Shown here piece by piece: positions 1-13,086 of a stretch of 64,000 nt of DNA. Position numbers and translations under genes: made by a program. Below the pieces are notes generated by a model. The model was not told the origin of the DNA. It saw only the letters and a list, made by a program, of their open reading frames with translations, and did not search any database. Position 1 is the first letter of the stretch. Every line of letters begins with the position of its first letter. Location: NCBI RefSeq assembly GCF_963921235.1, contig NC_086097.1, forward strand, positions 6,448,001 through 6,512,000. The letters run 5' to 3'. The stretch is from Mobula hypostoma. Taxonomy: Eukaryota.

Positions 1-145
1 AGGTACAAAAGCCTGAAGGCACAGACTCAACGATTCAGGAACAGCTTCTCCCCTCTGCTATCCGAGTTCTGAATGGACAATGAATCCATGAACACTACTG
101 CATTACTTTTTTATCTGTATTTTTGTGCTACTTACTTATTTTAAG

Positions 146-187
<42 letters not shown>

Positions 188-320
188 GGCTATTGCAACT
201 ATCCATGCTATCAGTGCTCTCTGTGACTACTGGTATCGTACCGTGGCCCTGGAGGAGCCTTGTTTTGTTTGGCTGTATTCATGTGTATGGTTGAATGACA
301 GTTAAACCTGAGTTTGAACT
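1..320 (+). mobile_element. 3' end of Rex1/Babar-like LINE with (TA)n microsatellite at ~147-178
   Basis: Frame from base 1 reads RYKSLKAQTQRFRNSF, the typical Rex1 ORF C-terminus, followed by an AT-rich tail. Confidence 0.7.
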
Positions 321-1663
321 TGATGTGTTTCCAGAGTAAACATGGTTCAGTGATGCGATTCCATCACCGTCTGCTCTGTATCAGCAGTTTCCACCAGCTA
401 TAGACTCATGCAAATCCACCCAACAATTATCCCTCTCTTTTCCTCCTCATACAGATTCTTATTGACAGAACTGTGAAGAAAGGACTGGATGCGTGGCACT
501 AATTGAATGAGGTAAAGGATAAGGCAAAGGTCCAGATAATCCGATTTTCCACAAACTCTCGTTATTGATTTAGATTAGCTAACGTGTGAAACTTTACTGC
601 TTCTCGGGATGTGCACAGGAGTTGAAGGACAAGAAAAACACAACCAATACTCCCAATAATCTGAGGATGTGCATCTGAACACACAAATGCTGAATAGCAT
701 TAAGAGCGCATGCACACCTCCCTGAAAGGTCAACAAAGGTACTTTTCTGTTCTTGCCCTGACTTCTTCCCTTCTCTCCTTAAGATGAAACCATAATGTCT
801 TCACCAAAAATTGATAAACATTTTTGACAAAAAATTGTAAAGCTCAGATTGTCGAAACATGAAGGGACTGTATGTTTATAGACAGATCCAATCACGCCAA
901 TATTTGGTGCCTTTTACTCTGTGTATTGCAGGGTGTGATGGATTTGTCTTCTTCTTCTTTTTCTTGAGCCCTTAGGTACCATTGGAGCAAAGGCCATCGA
1001 TGACCTCCTTTTTTGGAGTCATCAGTGTTTCTGTAATCCACATACATCTTCACCAGAGCCCTATGGGCCAGCCCTACCCATTTCCTGCTCTAACGATAGG
1101 GATATAGGGTTGGACTTTGAGAGCTGTGATGGATTTGTACATGGATTGAATTATAAACTAATTACTTAAACTTGTTAAGCTTCACAATTGATGCAGCTTG
1201 CAAATGGTGATGAAGAAAAGCAAAGAATGCAGTCCATCCTTAGACATAACAGTGATTGTGACAAGTACTCAGAAGGAGACAGAGAGACCTCCATTCTGGA
1301 AATAGGGGTTGGATCACCTGCGTGTAAGTGACATGAACCCTTCTTCCAGATATAATAGCAACAGTTCTGCAAGAACCTGTTGCTGTATAGAGCCTGAGTT
1401 CTATATAGAGTATAGCAGAAGAAACGGCAGATAGCAATTGCATGTAGATCCAAATATAGACTAAGATTAACAATGCAATACCCTTCTGAGAGAGAAGAGA
1501 ACAGTGAACAAAAGTCTGGCTGACATCAAGACTGATGCAGTGAATGTGAAATTTATTTTGTACATCATTTGTGTCGTGAGCAGACATGGCATGGAGCCGT
1601 GAATGCTTAAATTCGTAGTGCTGACCAATGGCAAATTTTGTGGAATTTGTTGCCATAAGCAGC

Positions 1664-1853
1664 TGTGGAGGCCAAGTCACTGGATGTATTTAAGGCAGAG
1701 ATAGATAGGTTCTTGATTAGCTAGGGCATCAAAGGGTATGGGGAGAAGGCAGAGGAGTGGGATGACTGGAAGAATTGGATCAGCCCATGATTGAATGGGG
1801 GAGCAGACTCAATGGGCCGTATGGCCTACATCTGCTCCTATATCTTATGGTCT
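1664..1853 (+). mobile_element. CR1 LINE 3' end fragment
   Basis: Matches the 3' end of the long CR1 at ~25845-26036 (gaggccaagtcactggatgtatttaaggcagag...ggcctacatctgctcctatatcttatggtct). Confidence 0.8.
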
Positions 1854-2360
1854 AAATAGTTAGTAAGGCAGATTAATAAAGACTGATTTATTTATTTGGA
1901 GTGGTGATACACCAATATATTCAGTTCCCTTCTTTTAAAAGAATTTAGTCTGTTTTAAGACTTCCTCTAGGAAAGTTTTGAATACACTGGGGAAAATGCA
2001 ATGTGTCACTGGTATGCCAGCAACCAAAGTTACTAACAGTTGTAGCTGATACCCTGAACAATATCATCCTGTGTAGATTAGCTAGGAGGAATAAAACTCA
2101 CCTGCAAGTTTCCATGCTACGCTGACATTTCCCCTGGGATTTGCATGTGACGAATGAAGCTAATCTTTCTTCATAGAAAAAAATCCCTGTTCCACAAATA
2201 AAATGAGATTTTTAAAAATCCTGATGCTGGTATTACCAAGAATAAAATATATATATATACAGCAACTAGTGTCCTTCAGACTTTTGCACAATACTGTACT
2301 GCTGTCACAAAAAAAACAGATTTCATGACTTACGTGAGTGATGATAAAACAAATTCTGAT

Positions 2361-2830
2361 ATAAGACCATAAGGATATAGGAGCAGAATCAGGCCATTTG
2401 GCCTATCAAGTCTGGTCTGCCCATCATGGCTGATACAATTTCCTTCTCAGCGCCAATCTCCTGCCTTCTCCCTGTATCCTTTCACGTCCTGTCTAATCAA
2501 GAATCTATCAACCTCTGCCTTAAATGACCTTAATATCGAATGACTTGGCCTCCACAGCCACCTATGGCAATGAATTCCACAGATTTACTATTCTCTGCCT
2601 GAAGACATTCCTCCTCATCTCCTTTCTAAAAGGATGCCCCTCCACTCTGAGGCTGTATCCTCTGGTCTTAGACACCCCCACCATAGGAAACATCCTCTCC
2701 ACATCCACTCTATCAAAGCCTTTCAGATTTGAAAGGTTTCAGTGAGGTCACCCCTCATTCTTCTGAATTCCAATGAGTAGAAGCCCAGAGCCATCACACT
2801 CTCCTTATATAAAAAGCCATTGAATCCTGC
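2361..2830 (-). mobile_element. CR1 LINE 3' fragment
   Basis: Reverse complement of the CR1 tail and ORF2 C-terminus. Confidence 0.8.
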
Positions 2831-2831
2831 C

Positions 2832-2937
2832 ACAAACAAGTGAAAATTTACAGATGCTGGAAATCCAAGCAACACACAAAAATGCTGGAGAACTCAGCAG
2901 GTCAGGCAGCATCTAGGAAAAAAGTACAGGCAATGTT
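2832..2937 (-). repeat. Penelope-like terminal repeat fragment, truncated at the hammerhead
   Basis: cagatgctggaaatccaagcaacacac...ggcagcatct is shared with the hammerhead-bearing repeats. Confidence 0.65.
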
Positions 2938-3064
2938 AACGGTTAAGAGCTGGCAAAGCTTGGAAGTGGGAGATTAGGTGAAAGCAACACAAATTGGATT
3001 GTCAACTCCAGTCATGGTGGTAATTCAATACCAGCGAGAGAAATTATTTACCAAGCATATTCTG

Positions 3065-3335
3065 TTATTTATTTACCGCCTGAGGCAGGCCCTTCCACTC
3101 CAGTCAGCCGATTCACCCATTGATTTAAACCTAGCCTACTCACAGGACAGTTTACCAAGACCAATTAAGCTACAAACCAAGTACATTGATGGACTGTGCG
3201 AGGAAACTGGAGCATCCATGCTCAGGAGGAGAACGTACCAACTCTTCACAGGTGACTCTGGAATTGAACTCCAATCTCTGGAACACCCCGAGCTGTAATT
3301 GTGTCACATTAAACCACTATGGTACTGTGGTGCCC
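3065..3335 (-). mobile_element. tRNA-derived V-SINE (HE1-like)
   Basis: Reverse complement of the V-domain core (gaggaaactggagca), with a degenerate B box. Confidence 0.6.
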
Positions 3336-3544
3336 CAGTCTTTTTTGTGTAGCATTATGGTGAATTTTATCCTGTTTGTATCCCCTATGTATCACAGCAC
3401 ACAACCACAGCAGATAATACAATACAATTTCAATTCTAAGCCGCATCACGTACAATTTCTATAACTAGGCAGTCTACTTTGGATTTGGCTGGGCTACAAG
3501 AAAAAGGCTTACCGGTACTTTTGAGAAAAACAGTATATGTAGTG

Positions 3545-3810
3545 TTTGAAGCCTCCATCGATTAGGGTGGACCATGAATCTTGTGCTCTAGCTGTCTAGA
3601 TATGCAACTTTGGCAGTACAATATGCGGAGCAAACAGTTGCACATGTAGCAAGCTCCCCCTTTCTACGCATCTGATGAACCCAAAGGAACAACAGAGACC
3701 AATACAGTTTGGCACCAGCAGCATCACAGGAGTTGTCAGTCAATGTAGGACTGCCTTATGGACTGCAGCTCTGAATTCTTCCCTCACGGTTTACTTCTGA
3801 AGCTTTCCTG
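3545..3810 (+). repeat. Interspersed repeat; a second copy lies at ~22880-23080
   Basis: Both copies share gttgc(a/c)catgtagcaagctc...ctgatgaacccaaag. Confidence 0.6.
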
Positions 3811-3979
3811 TGTTTTTCTTTCAATTAGTTTCTGGGGCTACAAAGCATAGCAGAGCAACAAGGAGCTTTAAAACGAAGCTGAGACAACTACCTAACCGTT
3901 GCAGTGCTGCACATTTTTCTTTGGAAAAGGAGAGAGAGACATTCGAGTTTTTTTTAAAAAAGCAGAGCACCTTTTTCTC

Positions 3980-4612
3980 TATGGGAAGATAGCTGCGTTT
4001 GATTGCAAATCAGATAATTGGAGGATGTACACTGAATTCGGCAGTATTCTGAAGCAAATAAGATAGCTGATGAAAAGTGAATGCCAGTGTTACTGAGTGC
4101 AATAGGTGGAAAACATGTGCTTTGCTTAGAAGTTTAACTGCTCCAGCCAAACCAGCCAAAATTAGTTCTGTTGATTTCATGAAAGCAATGCAGGAACACT
4201 TAAAACCAAAGCCATTGTTAATTGCAGAACACTGTAGGTCTCATTAGTGGAATCAAAAGGAAGGGGACTACATTTCAGCTTATGTGGCTGAATCTTGAGC
4301 GTTGTCAGTTCAGTGACGGACTTAATGAGAGATCATTTAGTTTCTGAAATTTTACAAGAAAGCATTCAAAAACAGCTCTAAACTGAAACATAACTCACAT
4401 TTAAAATAACAGTTCAAATCGCTGTATCAGTGAAAACAGGAGCCAGAGACACAATTGAGTCGCAGTTAGGAAAGAAAGTTAATGTGAACAAAATTACAAC
4501 ATCTAAACAGAAACCTGCCTGGCCAAACAAATTGTGTGATCATTGTGGCAGGGGCTCACATGCATCAGACCAATGCAGGTTCAAAGGCAAAATCTGCAGA
4601 AAATGCAACAAA
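3980..4612 (+). mobile_element. Degenerate Ty3/Gypsy (Mag-like) gag fragment
   Basis: Frameshifted LLSAIGG / LTAPAKP / KPKPLLIAE motifs and the knuckle CDHCGRGSHASDQC followed by CRKC. Confidence 0.75.
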
Positions 4613-5910
4613 GTTCAAAGTTGAAATCACATTTTGGGTTCAGATGAGCTAAGCTGTCTGCAGGCCCTGTTGCTGCCTGCTACTCGGAAGCATTGAAGTT
4701 GGTGCAGTATAACTGTAGGAGATTGTCTCGGACATTCCAACTGCTGGCATGACACTGTTGGACAGTGATAATATCTGTTGCTACAAGCCTGATACCCTTG
4801 TCTGGTGGATGGGACTGGCAAAATGGAAGCTGCATAGCCTCGGTTGTAGTGAGAACTAGGCCTCATGCCTCGGGCTTGCCTGCTGCTGCAGACCAGTTGA
4901 GAAGACACGGAATTGTTAGAGCATGGGGTCATCGCTCAGCTGGGGCTTGGTCTCTCCCAGCGGTGCTGCCCTCCCGTGTTCAAGTGGTGGAATGACAGGC
5001 TGGATTGCGTGCATCTGCTCACTGTTGGGAGACTGTACCATCGATGGCTGGACATTGTCACTCAGGGTCTTGGATTATATATATGTTTTTTTCCCAAGTG
5101 AGTATGCTTTTTTGCTTGCTATTTTGAATTACGTTACTCACTATTTTGAATGTTTGCTTGCTACTTTGAATGTTTTGCACTTGGCCCCAGAAGATTGTTG
5201 TCTCAATCAGCTGTATGGTTTGAATGATAATTAATATTGATTTGATGTGATACATTTATTATCAACTATGTATATATTATACTACTTTGAGACTTGTCTC
5301 CATATAGGCAGCTATAAACAAAGAAACCCAAAAGAACCCGTTAAAAAGACTATAAAACACCCAGAGATGGAAAAAACACAAACAAATCAAGCAAACAATA
5401 GAAGTAAACACATAGCATTCAGAGCAAACGTGAGTCCTCAAACACAAAGCCTAGAGCAGTTGGAGCAGGCAATAGCCTCAGCCTCATTTCTGCACAGAGC
5501 TGATCAAATATCACAGAGCAGTGAGCGGAACTGGCCCGATCATCGCCTCTGGTCCCAACACCCTTCCTCCTCAATCTCTGACATTTAAATCACTTTGATA
5601 CAATCTGAGTCTGGACCCACCATTGTGTTTGGCTCAACCTTTCCAAATCAGCCTGCTGCTTAGATCGATCAGCCTTGGGTCTTCATCAATTTTGGTTTAG
5701 GTGGACGGGCCTTGCCTCGAATCTGCCTCATCTCTGCTCGCCTCGACTTTGCTTCTCTTCTGCTTGCCTCACCTCCACTTGCCTTGAACGTGCCTCGACC
5801 TTGCCTTGACTTTGCTTCACACCAGCTCGCTTAGATCTTTAACTCAACCTTGCCTGTCCTTTGTCTGCAGTGATTGTTTATCATAAATTTTACCACAGGA
5901 AGTGCTTTAA

Positions 5911-8755
5911 CCCATACATACTGTTCGGGTCAAATTTTACCCGTTTTGACATTTGACAGAAGTAAAAACACCCTAAATGCCATTTTTTAAGCCAAAAATT
6001 GATGACTTTTCCTAAAGTGACCCAAAATGTGCAAAAATGAAAATATTTAAAAATGTTATACTTTTGTACAGGTGCTACAATTTTTTGTACATTGAGGCTG
6101 TTCCGGGTCAAATTTGACCCGTATCTATTGAAGTGGATTTTAGATCCACCAGTGTGGGTCAAATCAAGGAAAATGTTGGTTTTAGGGAATCTTGAAACTG
6201 TGAAACTGTACATGCCATGTCTGTGTATATCTTTTATGGGACAGTAGTGACAGAATTCAAGGGAGACCTCAACACTGTCACGAGAACTGCCTGCGTTCCC
6301 ACCACGTTTGCCCAGGTTCCCACCGAGACAGGCACCTGTTGGTCTTTGAAGTGCATTGGGGGAATCTCAAAACAGTGAAAGAGTAAAACAGCATAGGCAT
6401 GATCATATATCATAAGACTATAAAGGTACCTGAGCTGCCATTTCAGTGACTGAGGTTATGGCAGCAAGACTTACTGTCCAAGCAGTCATTATTCTGGTCT
6501 TCCAAGATGAGCAAGCAGACAGTGATTTGCAGGAGGAAGTATCAGAGCAGAAGGACAACACGGAGGAAAACTCTGATTACAGCCCCTCGGATGAAGATGA
6601 CTCTGAGAGAGAGGAGCAGGAAGCAAGGGAGACATTTATGTCCAAGGATAACACAACCAGTTGGTCCTTACTACCGTATCAGGTTACAGGCAGGATGGCA
6701 GCGGAAAATATCATTTGAATGACTCCAGGACCCACAAGACTGGCTACTTCCCATGTATCCGACATTTTTTCAACTTTACAGATCTTCCTCCCTCCAGCCA
6801 TTGAAAAAATTGTCATTGAAATGACAAACATGGAGGGGATTGAAGGGTATGGTCAAAAATGGAAGACTATGGATCTGACTGACCTACATGCCTACATGGG
6901 GCTTCTAATACCGGCTGGTGTGTATAGGTCCCGAGGTGAGGCTGCTTCTAGTCTTTGGAATGCTGAGATGGGAAGACCAATTTTTTGTGCCACAATGTCC
7001 CGGGAAATGTTCAGTACCATATTGGCGCTGCTCAGATTTGACAACCGTGAGACAAGACCTGCACAGCTTGTCACTGACAAACTGGCAGCAATCAGGGATG
7101 TCTGGGACAAGTGGGTGGAATGCTGCCTCTCATGTACAACCCTGGTCCTGAGGTCACAGTGGATGAAAGACTGGTTCCATTCAGACGTAATAAATGCCTG
7201 CCCTTTTATTGTTAGACTAGTTAATCACTGTTTCAATATATACATGCTATTGGTTGTGATATCAAATGATGTTTCCCCTTTTTGTGTTTTTGCAGGTCGC
7301 TGTCCTTTCCACCAGTACATGCCTAGCAAGCCAGGAAAATATGGATAAAGTCATGGGCAGCCTGTGATGCACGTTCCAGTTATGCTTGGAACATGCAAGT
7401 ATATATTGGGAAGCCAGCTGGGGGAGCACTGGAGAGAAAACAAGGCATGCGCGTCGTGTTAGAGATGACAGAAGGGCTAAGAGGACACAAAGTGACCTGT
7501 GACAACTTCTTCACGTCTCATGAGCTTGGTCAGGCGCTCCTGAAGAAGAACATCACAATGGTGGCACTGTGAGGCGGAACAAGCCTGAGATGCCACCTGC
7601 TGTGATTGCAACAAGCGGGAGAGATGTCTTGTCTTCTAAGTTAGCTTTCACCCATGACACCACAGTTGTCTCATATATGCAAAAGAAGAACAAGAATGTC
7701 ATCCTTATGAGCACATTACATAAGGTTGCAGCAGTCAGTGCTCAGGGGGACAGAAAACCAGCCACCATCCTTGACTACAATGCCAACAAAGGAGGAGCGG
7801 ACAAACTTGACAAAGTAACAGGCGCATACAGCTACAAGAGGAGAACAGCCGGCTGGCCTCTCACCATATTCCATAACATCACTGACATATCGACCTACAA
7901 TGCCTTTGTCATATGGAGTGAGCTGAACCCTACCTGGAGGGCAAGCAAGAGGAACTGGAGGAGGTTCTTTTTGGAGGAGTTTGGGAAGGCCCTTGCGACT
8001 CCTTTTATGAAAAGGCGACACCACCTTCCCCACACAGCAGCCTCAGCAGCTCTGGTCAGGACAGAGCAACGATCTGAACCTGGCCCTGATCCACAAGTCC
8101 CACAAGAAGCCAACACAAGGGGACAGAAGAGAAGGAGATGCAACTTCTGCTCTGCAAAAAAGCACTGCGAAACAGGGACAACTTGCTGCAAATGTGGGAA
8201 ACAAGGGCCACACACATAAGGTTTCCTACCACTGCTTTGAATGCGAAGACTAGATGCAAAAAGCACTTTCTTTTTGTTTTGTTTGTTGGTTAAATGTTAG
8301 TTAATATTGAATTAATAGTTAATAGCTATAATTAGATAGTAGTTATGAGGATTTTTATGATATAGCAGTGAGGACAGTGTTTGATGATTGTAATGGTTAT
8401 AAATAGTTATATAATAAACCCCACAGTTCCAGAATGTTCCTGCCATTTTCAGTTTAATAAAATATATTTAAATCATTATGGTTGTTACGTTTTCATGTCT
8501 CAGATAAAATAGGACATGATATTGTGTGATAGTAGATGTTTTTTCTCCACGAGTGGTGTAAAACCTAAAAAATGCACTCTCCCTTCTCTCTGAAACATTA
8601 ATTAAGGATTAATCACCCATTTATTAATGTCAGATAGGCTATTTATACATTCTAAATAGATCTGTGGTTCAAAATTTGGTTTAGACATTTGTTATGAGGG
8701 GATTCTTGGGCCGGGTCATACTGTGAAGGTATGGAATATGAACAGTATGTAAGGG
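5911..8755 (+). mobile_element. Full-length piggyBac DNA transposon (defective)
   Basis: TTAA TSDs at 5907-5910 and 8756-8759. 16-bp TIRs CCC(A/T)TACATACTGTTC with 1 mismatch. Palindromic subterminal repeats cgggtcaaattt(t/g)acccg at ~5926 and ~6104. Confidence 0.95.
6459..8253 (+). pseudogene. piggyBac (PGBD4-like) DDD transposase pseudogene with one intron (7187-7295)
   Basis: Acidic N-terminus; VDERLVPF|RCPFHQYMPSKPGKYG, CDNFFTS and YNANKGGADKLD motifs; Cys-rich C-terminus. Stop at 6716-6718 and frameshifts. Confidence 0.9.
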
Positions 8756-8949
8756 TTAATAAAGTATTTAGTTATATTCTTTGTTTTGTTTTCCAGCAGT
8801 AAGTAGTCACTGGGCTTCACCAGTGCCATCTTAAACCAGAAGCAGGATACATGCAAAGAGCATGCTTTCATTTTGACTCGTTTTTGGAGTTACAAACCAT
8901 AACACAACTTCCAGGATTGCACATCTTGCACAACCACTCCTGGTCCTTG

Positions 8950-9603
8950 GACACATCTTACGCAATCAGGGGAGGACACCAATACCTCTACTTTTCTGAG
9001 GAGGTTGAAGAGAGCTTGGCTTTGTCCATTCATACTCATGTCATTCTACACATGTGCAGTAGAGAACACCTGGACAAGCTGCATTACTGATTGGTACGGA
9101 AACTGCACTGTGGCAGACAGGAAGCCTCTACAACAGGTAGTCTAAACTGTCCAACACATCACCGGGGCAGGGGGTGTGGGGGGGAGGACACCAGCCTACC
9201 TTGGCATACATGCAGAAAGGTGCTGGAAGAGGACCGGTAACATCATGAAGGATCCCACCCACCCTGCTCATGGACTGTTTGTCCCACTCCCATCAGTGAG
9301 GAGGCTATGTAGCATCCACACCAGGACCATCAGACTCAAACATTCCCTAAGCGGTAAGTCCCCACCACAACTTTATCATTTCTGGTCAATCACCTTATGT
9401 ACAGCCCCATATCACTTTATGGACATACAATCAATTTATGTATGTAAGCAGTGTTATGTATTTATATATTTTTTAATTTAAATATTACCATGTATTTTAT
9501 CTTATTGTGTTGTTTTTGTGCTGCATCAGATCCAGAGTAATAAGTATTTCATTCTCTTTACATTTATGTACTGGAAATGACATTAAACTATCTTGAATCT
9601 TGA
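8950..9603 (+). mobile_element. Rex1/Babar-like LINE 3' fragment
   Basis: IMKDPTHPAHGLFVPLPS.RRL motif and a tail ending atcttgaatcttga. Confidence 0.75.
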
Positions 9604-9854
9604 TAGATGCAGCCAACAAACAGCATCAGAAATATGGATACAGGAGAAACATGCAGCACTAACCACTTATCAACAATAGTTTTCTTTTGGAAAATATAAT
9701 CCATGTTTTAGGGACTTGCTAAATTTAACTCTCAACTGCATCAATTAAAATTTACTGCAGAGCTTATAAATTCTGCTATAAAGGAAATGAATTATTACTT
9801 GCTTTATCCAGAGGGCTTCATGGGAATTTAGTAACAATGAACCTGATTTCTCCT

Positions 9855-10240
9855 CCAAGAGGGCCACAACCTTGTCGTAGGGTTTGGAGGTAAGTGTGCC
9901 TCAATGATCCGGAGAGCTATGTTGGATGGAGTCAGGGCTTTCTGTTTTGGCTTGTGACCAAGTCACCCATGCCAAACAGATCAAACTGTAGAGGCCAGAC
10001 TAAGAGAGATCCACTGGTCCTCCAGATTCAGGGTTTCAGCTTAGGGCTAACAACCCTGATTTGCCATAGAAAACTGTTACAGAAACAGCAATGAAGAATC
10101 CTTCTATCTCTGAGTGTGACTGTATTCTTGAATCTCCACCTGGGACTTGCACACCACCTGAGTTGAAGGACTATAATTGCTTCTCTGAATGCCTGCACCA
10201 TAATGAGTATTAACAAAACCAGGCTATCTGCTCACCCGGA
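9855..10240 (+). mobile_element. RTE-clade (Rex3/Expander-like) 5' region fragment
   Basis: gtgtgcctcaatgatccggagagctatgttg resembles recalled RTE 5' UTRs. Confidence 0.4.
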
Positions 10241-10770
10241 CAAGTTGGGTGACGGTGCAAAATAAATGGTGTCTGATTAGGTTCATGATTTTAACCTCAG
10301 TGATAGTACACCTGTTCAAAGATCAATACAAAAGCAAAAACTGCTTGTGTCACAAACAATGGTTTCTTTCATTATTCTCTCTTTACAGAAGCACTGTAAC
10401 AGGTCCTTCTGGCCCAATAAGCCAGCATCATTTCATTACAACCATGTGACCAATTAACCCGTACGTGTTCAGAACGTGGCGGAAAGCCAGAGCACCCAGA
10501 GGAAAGCCACATGGGAAGCAAAATTGTGGCAAAGCTCAGCCAGCCATGCTGTGTCTGTGTACAGGGAGTCAGGCTTAACATTTCAGTTCAGAAGAGGTCA
10601 TCAGTCTGAAAACTTACACATTCTCTTTCCACAGGTGTTGCCTGAATGATAGTTCGAACACAGAACATAGAACAGTACAGCACAGGCCCTTCGGGCCCAC
10701 AATGTTGTGCCAAACCAAAACAATTATGTGAATAGCTAAATAACTTAATCTTCTCTGTCGACACAATGTT

Positions 10771-11365
10771 TGTTGTGTCTGTAAACCTATATATCAAATA
10801 AATAAAAGTACACATAGGATAGATGAGATGTACTGGCGTATCCACATTGCAGGGAGAGAGAGAGAGAGAGAGAGAGAGAACAGATCGTTATGCATGCGCA
10901 GGCAACAGATCACTGTGCATAGGGAAGTTATCAGTTCGTGAACTGTGCTTAGGGGAATGAATTCTCTAAAAGAAATAGAACAATACATTACACTTCCTCC
11001 CCTTTTAGATTAATGTGACACAAAACTGTGTATGTAACAAAACATTCCATTTCCTTTAACAAACCATACTCAAATAAACATGCTTTAACAATAACGGTTC
11101 ATAACTAACTTTACTGTTCTAAAGATTCAGGCTTTGAGCATGCACTCTGTTTCTTTCAGGATTGTGCATTTGGACCTGTGGAGTGGCATTAGGTTTGCCT
11201 GGTGTCTTGTCGAAGACAACCTGTTCTTGGTGTCACGTTGCTGTTAGTACCATGATCAACACTGAGAGGCCTAGTCCAGTGGCTGTAATGTGTCAGTCTT
11301 GTTGGATGCAGTTGACTCAGATGTGATCTCTGGCTAAGCAACCAATATCTGGTCCACACAATGCC
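10771..11365 (-). mobile_element. 3' LTR (10771-10992), PPT and internal remnant of a Mag-like Gypsy element
   Basis: On the minus strand, PPT aaaaggggaggaag precedes TGTAATGTATTGTTCTATTTCTTTTAGAG, which is related to the LTR at 61149. Confidence 0.8.
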
Positions 11366-11810
11366 TCCTGGCCTATAATCTTTCTTCTGCCTCTCTCCCT
11401 TCTTGAAGAGTGGAGTGACATTTGCAATTTCCAGTCTTCCGGAACCATTCTAGAATTTAGTGATTCTTGAAGGATGATTACTACTGCCTCCACAATCTCT
11501 TCAGTCACCTCTTTCAGAACTCTGAGGTGTACACCATCTGGTGCAGGTGGCATTTTACATTCAGACCTTTCAGTTTCCCAAGAACCTTCTACCTAGTAAT
11601 GGCAACTTCACACACTTCTGCCCCCGACACTGTTGAACTTCCACTATACTGCTGGTTTCTTCTACAGTGAAGACTGATGCAAAATACTTATTCAGTTTGT
11701 CCACCATTATTTCCTTGTCCCATGTTACTACCTCTTCAGAATCATTTTCCAGCATTTCAATACGCACTCTTGCCTCTCTTTTACACTTTGTGTATCTGAA
11801 GAAACTTCTG
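11366..11810 (-). mobile_element. CR1 ORF2 internal fragment
   Basis: LNKYFASVFTVE and PDGVHLRVLKE motifs. Confidence 0.85.
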
Positions 11811-11917
11811 CCTTCTTAACAACCCTAATCAATCTGTGTAACCACTTTCAGGGAGCTATGAACTTGGACCCAAGATCTCTCTGCTTATCAACAGTGCCAG
11901 TGTCTTGTCCTTAACAT

Positions 11918-12212
11918 GTGGGCATGTGGCCAAGTGGTTAAGGCATTGGACTAGTGACCTGAAGGTCGTGAGTTCAAGCCCCAGGCAAGAGAATGTGTTG
12001 TGTCCTTGAGCAGGGCACTTAATCACACAGAGCTCTGCGATGACACTGGTGCCAAGCTGTATGGGTCCTAATGCCCTTCCCTTGGAGAGGGAAGACTTGC
12101 AGCATGGGCAACTGCTGGTCTTCCATACAACCTTGCCCAGGCCTGTGCCCTGGAGAGTGAAGACTTTCCAGGCCCAGATCCATGGTCTCGCAAGACTAAC
12201 GGATGCCTTTAC
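11918..12212 (+). mobile_element. tRNA-derived SINE (CORE-like centre)
   Basis: A box TGGCCAAGTGG, B box GTTCAAGCC, then gtgtccttgagcagggcacttaa. Confidence 0.7.
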
Positions 12213-12703
12213 TATGCCCTTAACAGAGTACTATCTCTTTACATTTGACAACGAAGGTGCAACACTTTACGTTTTGCCATGTTATACTCCAGTTCAAAAA
12301 TTAAATTGCTTAAAGTGCACTGAAGATTACATTGTGTTTAGCTATCATAATATTCCATAGGAGTAACTCTTACCCCTGTTACTGAAAAAACTGTGTTGTA
12401 TCTGTTGACTTCTTTTGAAAATCAATTATGGGAGGAACAGAATTCAAGCTATTTTCTTGCTTCAGTAACTACATTTAATGTTGGCCGTTTCACAGAGCTG
12501 TGGTCACAGGTTTAGCGAGTAAAACTTCGACTTCTTGATCATGTGGCACCTATTAGAGAAAAATGAATCATCTCTCGTACAGGCCACATTCCTTTACAAA
12601 ATCAAATTCATCTTACTCCCCAAATGTTTTCTGTTGGTTTGTAATTGATTTTGCCAGGGCTGTTCCAACAAATAATAGCTCTATCAAAATTGAAGTACTT
12701 GTT

Positions 12704-13086
12704 GGAAGAGAGAGAGAGAGAGACAGACAGACAGAGAAAGGGGGGGAGAGGGAGAGAGGAGGAGAAGATGGAAAAGAGAGAGAGAGGGTGAGGGATAAGG
12801 AGATAGGGAGAGGGGAGGATTGGGAGGGAGAGGCAGAAGAGCAGAAGGAGGAGGGAGGGAGGGACAGAGGGAGAGAGAGAAAGAGCGGGATTGGGAGAGA
12901 AAGAGGGGGAGGGAGAGAGAGGGAAAGATAAGGAGATAGGGTGAGAGTGAGGGGCGAATTGGGAGGGAGAGGAAGGGAAGAAGGGAGAGAGGAGGAGAGA
13001 GAAAGGGGGAAGAGAGCAGAGAGAGGGGAAAGAGAGGGAGAGAGAGGCAGAAAGGAAGGTAGGGAGGGAGAGAGAGGATGAGAGGA
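12704..13086 (+). repeat. ~380-bp polypurine (GA-rich) low-complexity tract
   Basis: Almost exclusively G and A on the + strand. Confidence 0.95.

Larger units (their letters stand above)
5245..8836 (-). mobile_element. Non-coding, non-autonomous LINE-derived element (AAGATGGC head, Rex-like tail) split by the piggyBac
   Basis: The tail at 5250-5345 matches the tail at ~38335-38440. The reverse-strand head AAGATGGC is at ~8825-8832. The sequence is read as continuous across the TTAA site. Confidence 0.5.

Noticed and set aside
3672..3700. Hammerhead at CTGATGA (also ~22972)
   Set aside because: No properly placed GAAA or closing stems.
9855..10060. HDV-like ribozyme in the RTE 5' region
   Set aside because: Known for some RTEs, but I could not assign the nested pseudoknot by eye.
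11920..11990. tRNA gene
   Set aside because: No complete cloverleaf is evident, and it runs into a SINE body.
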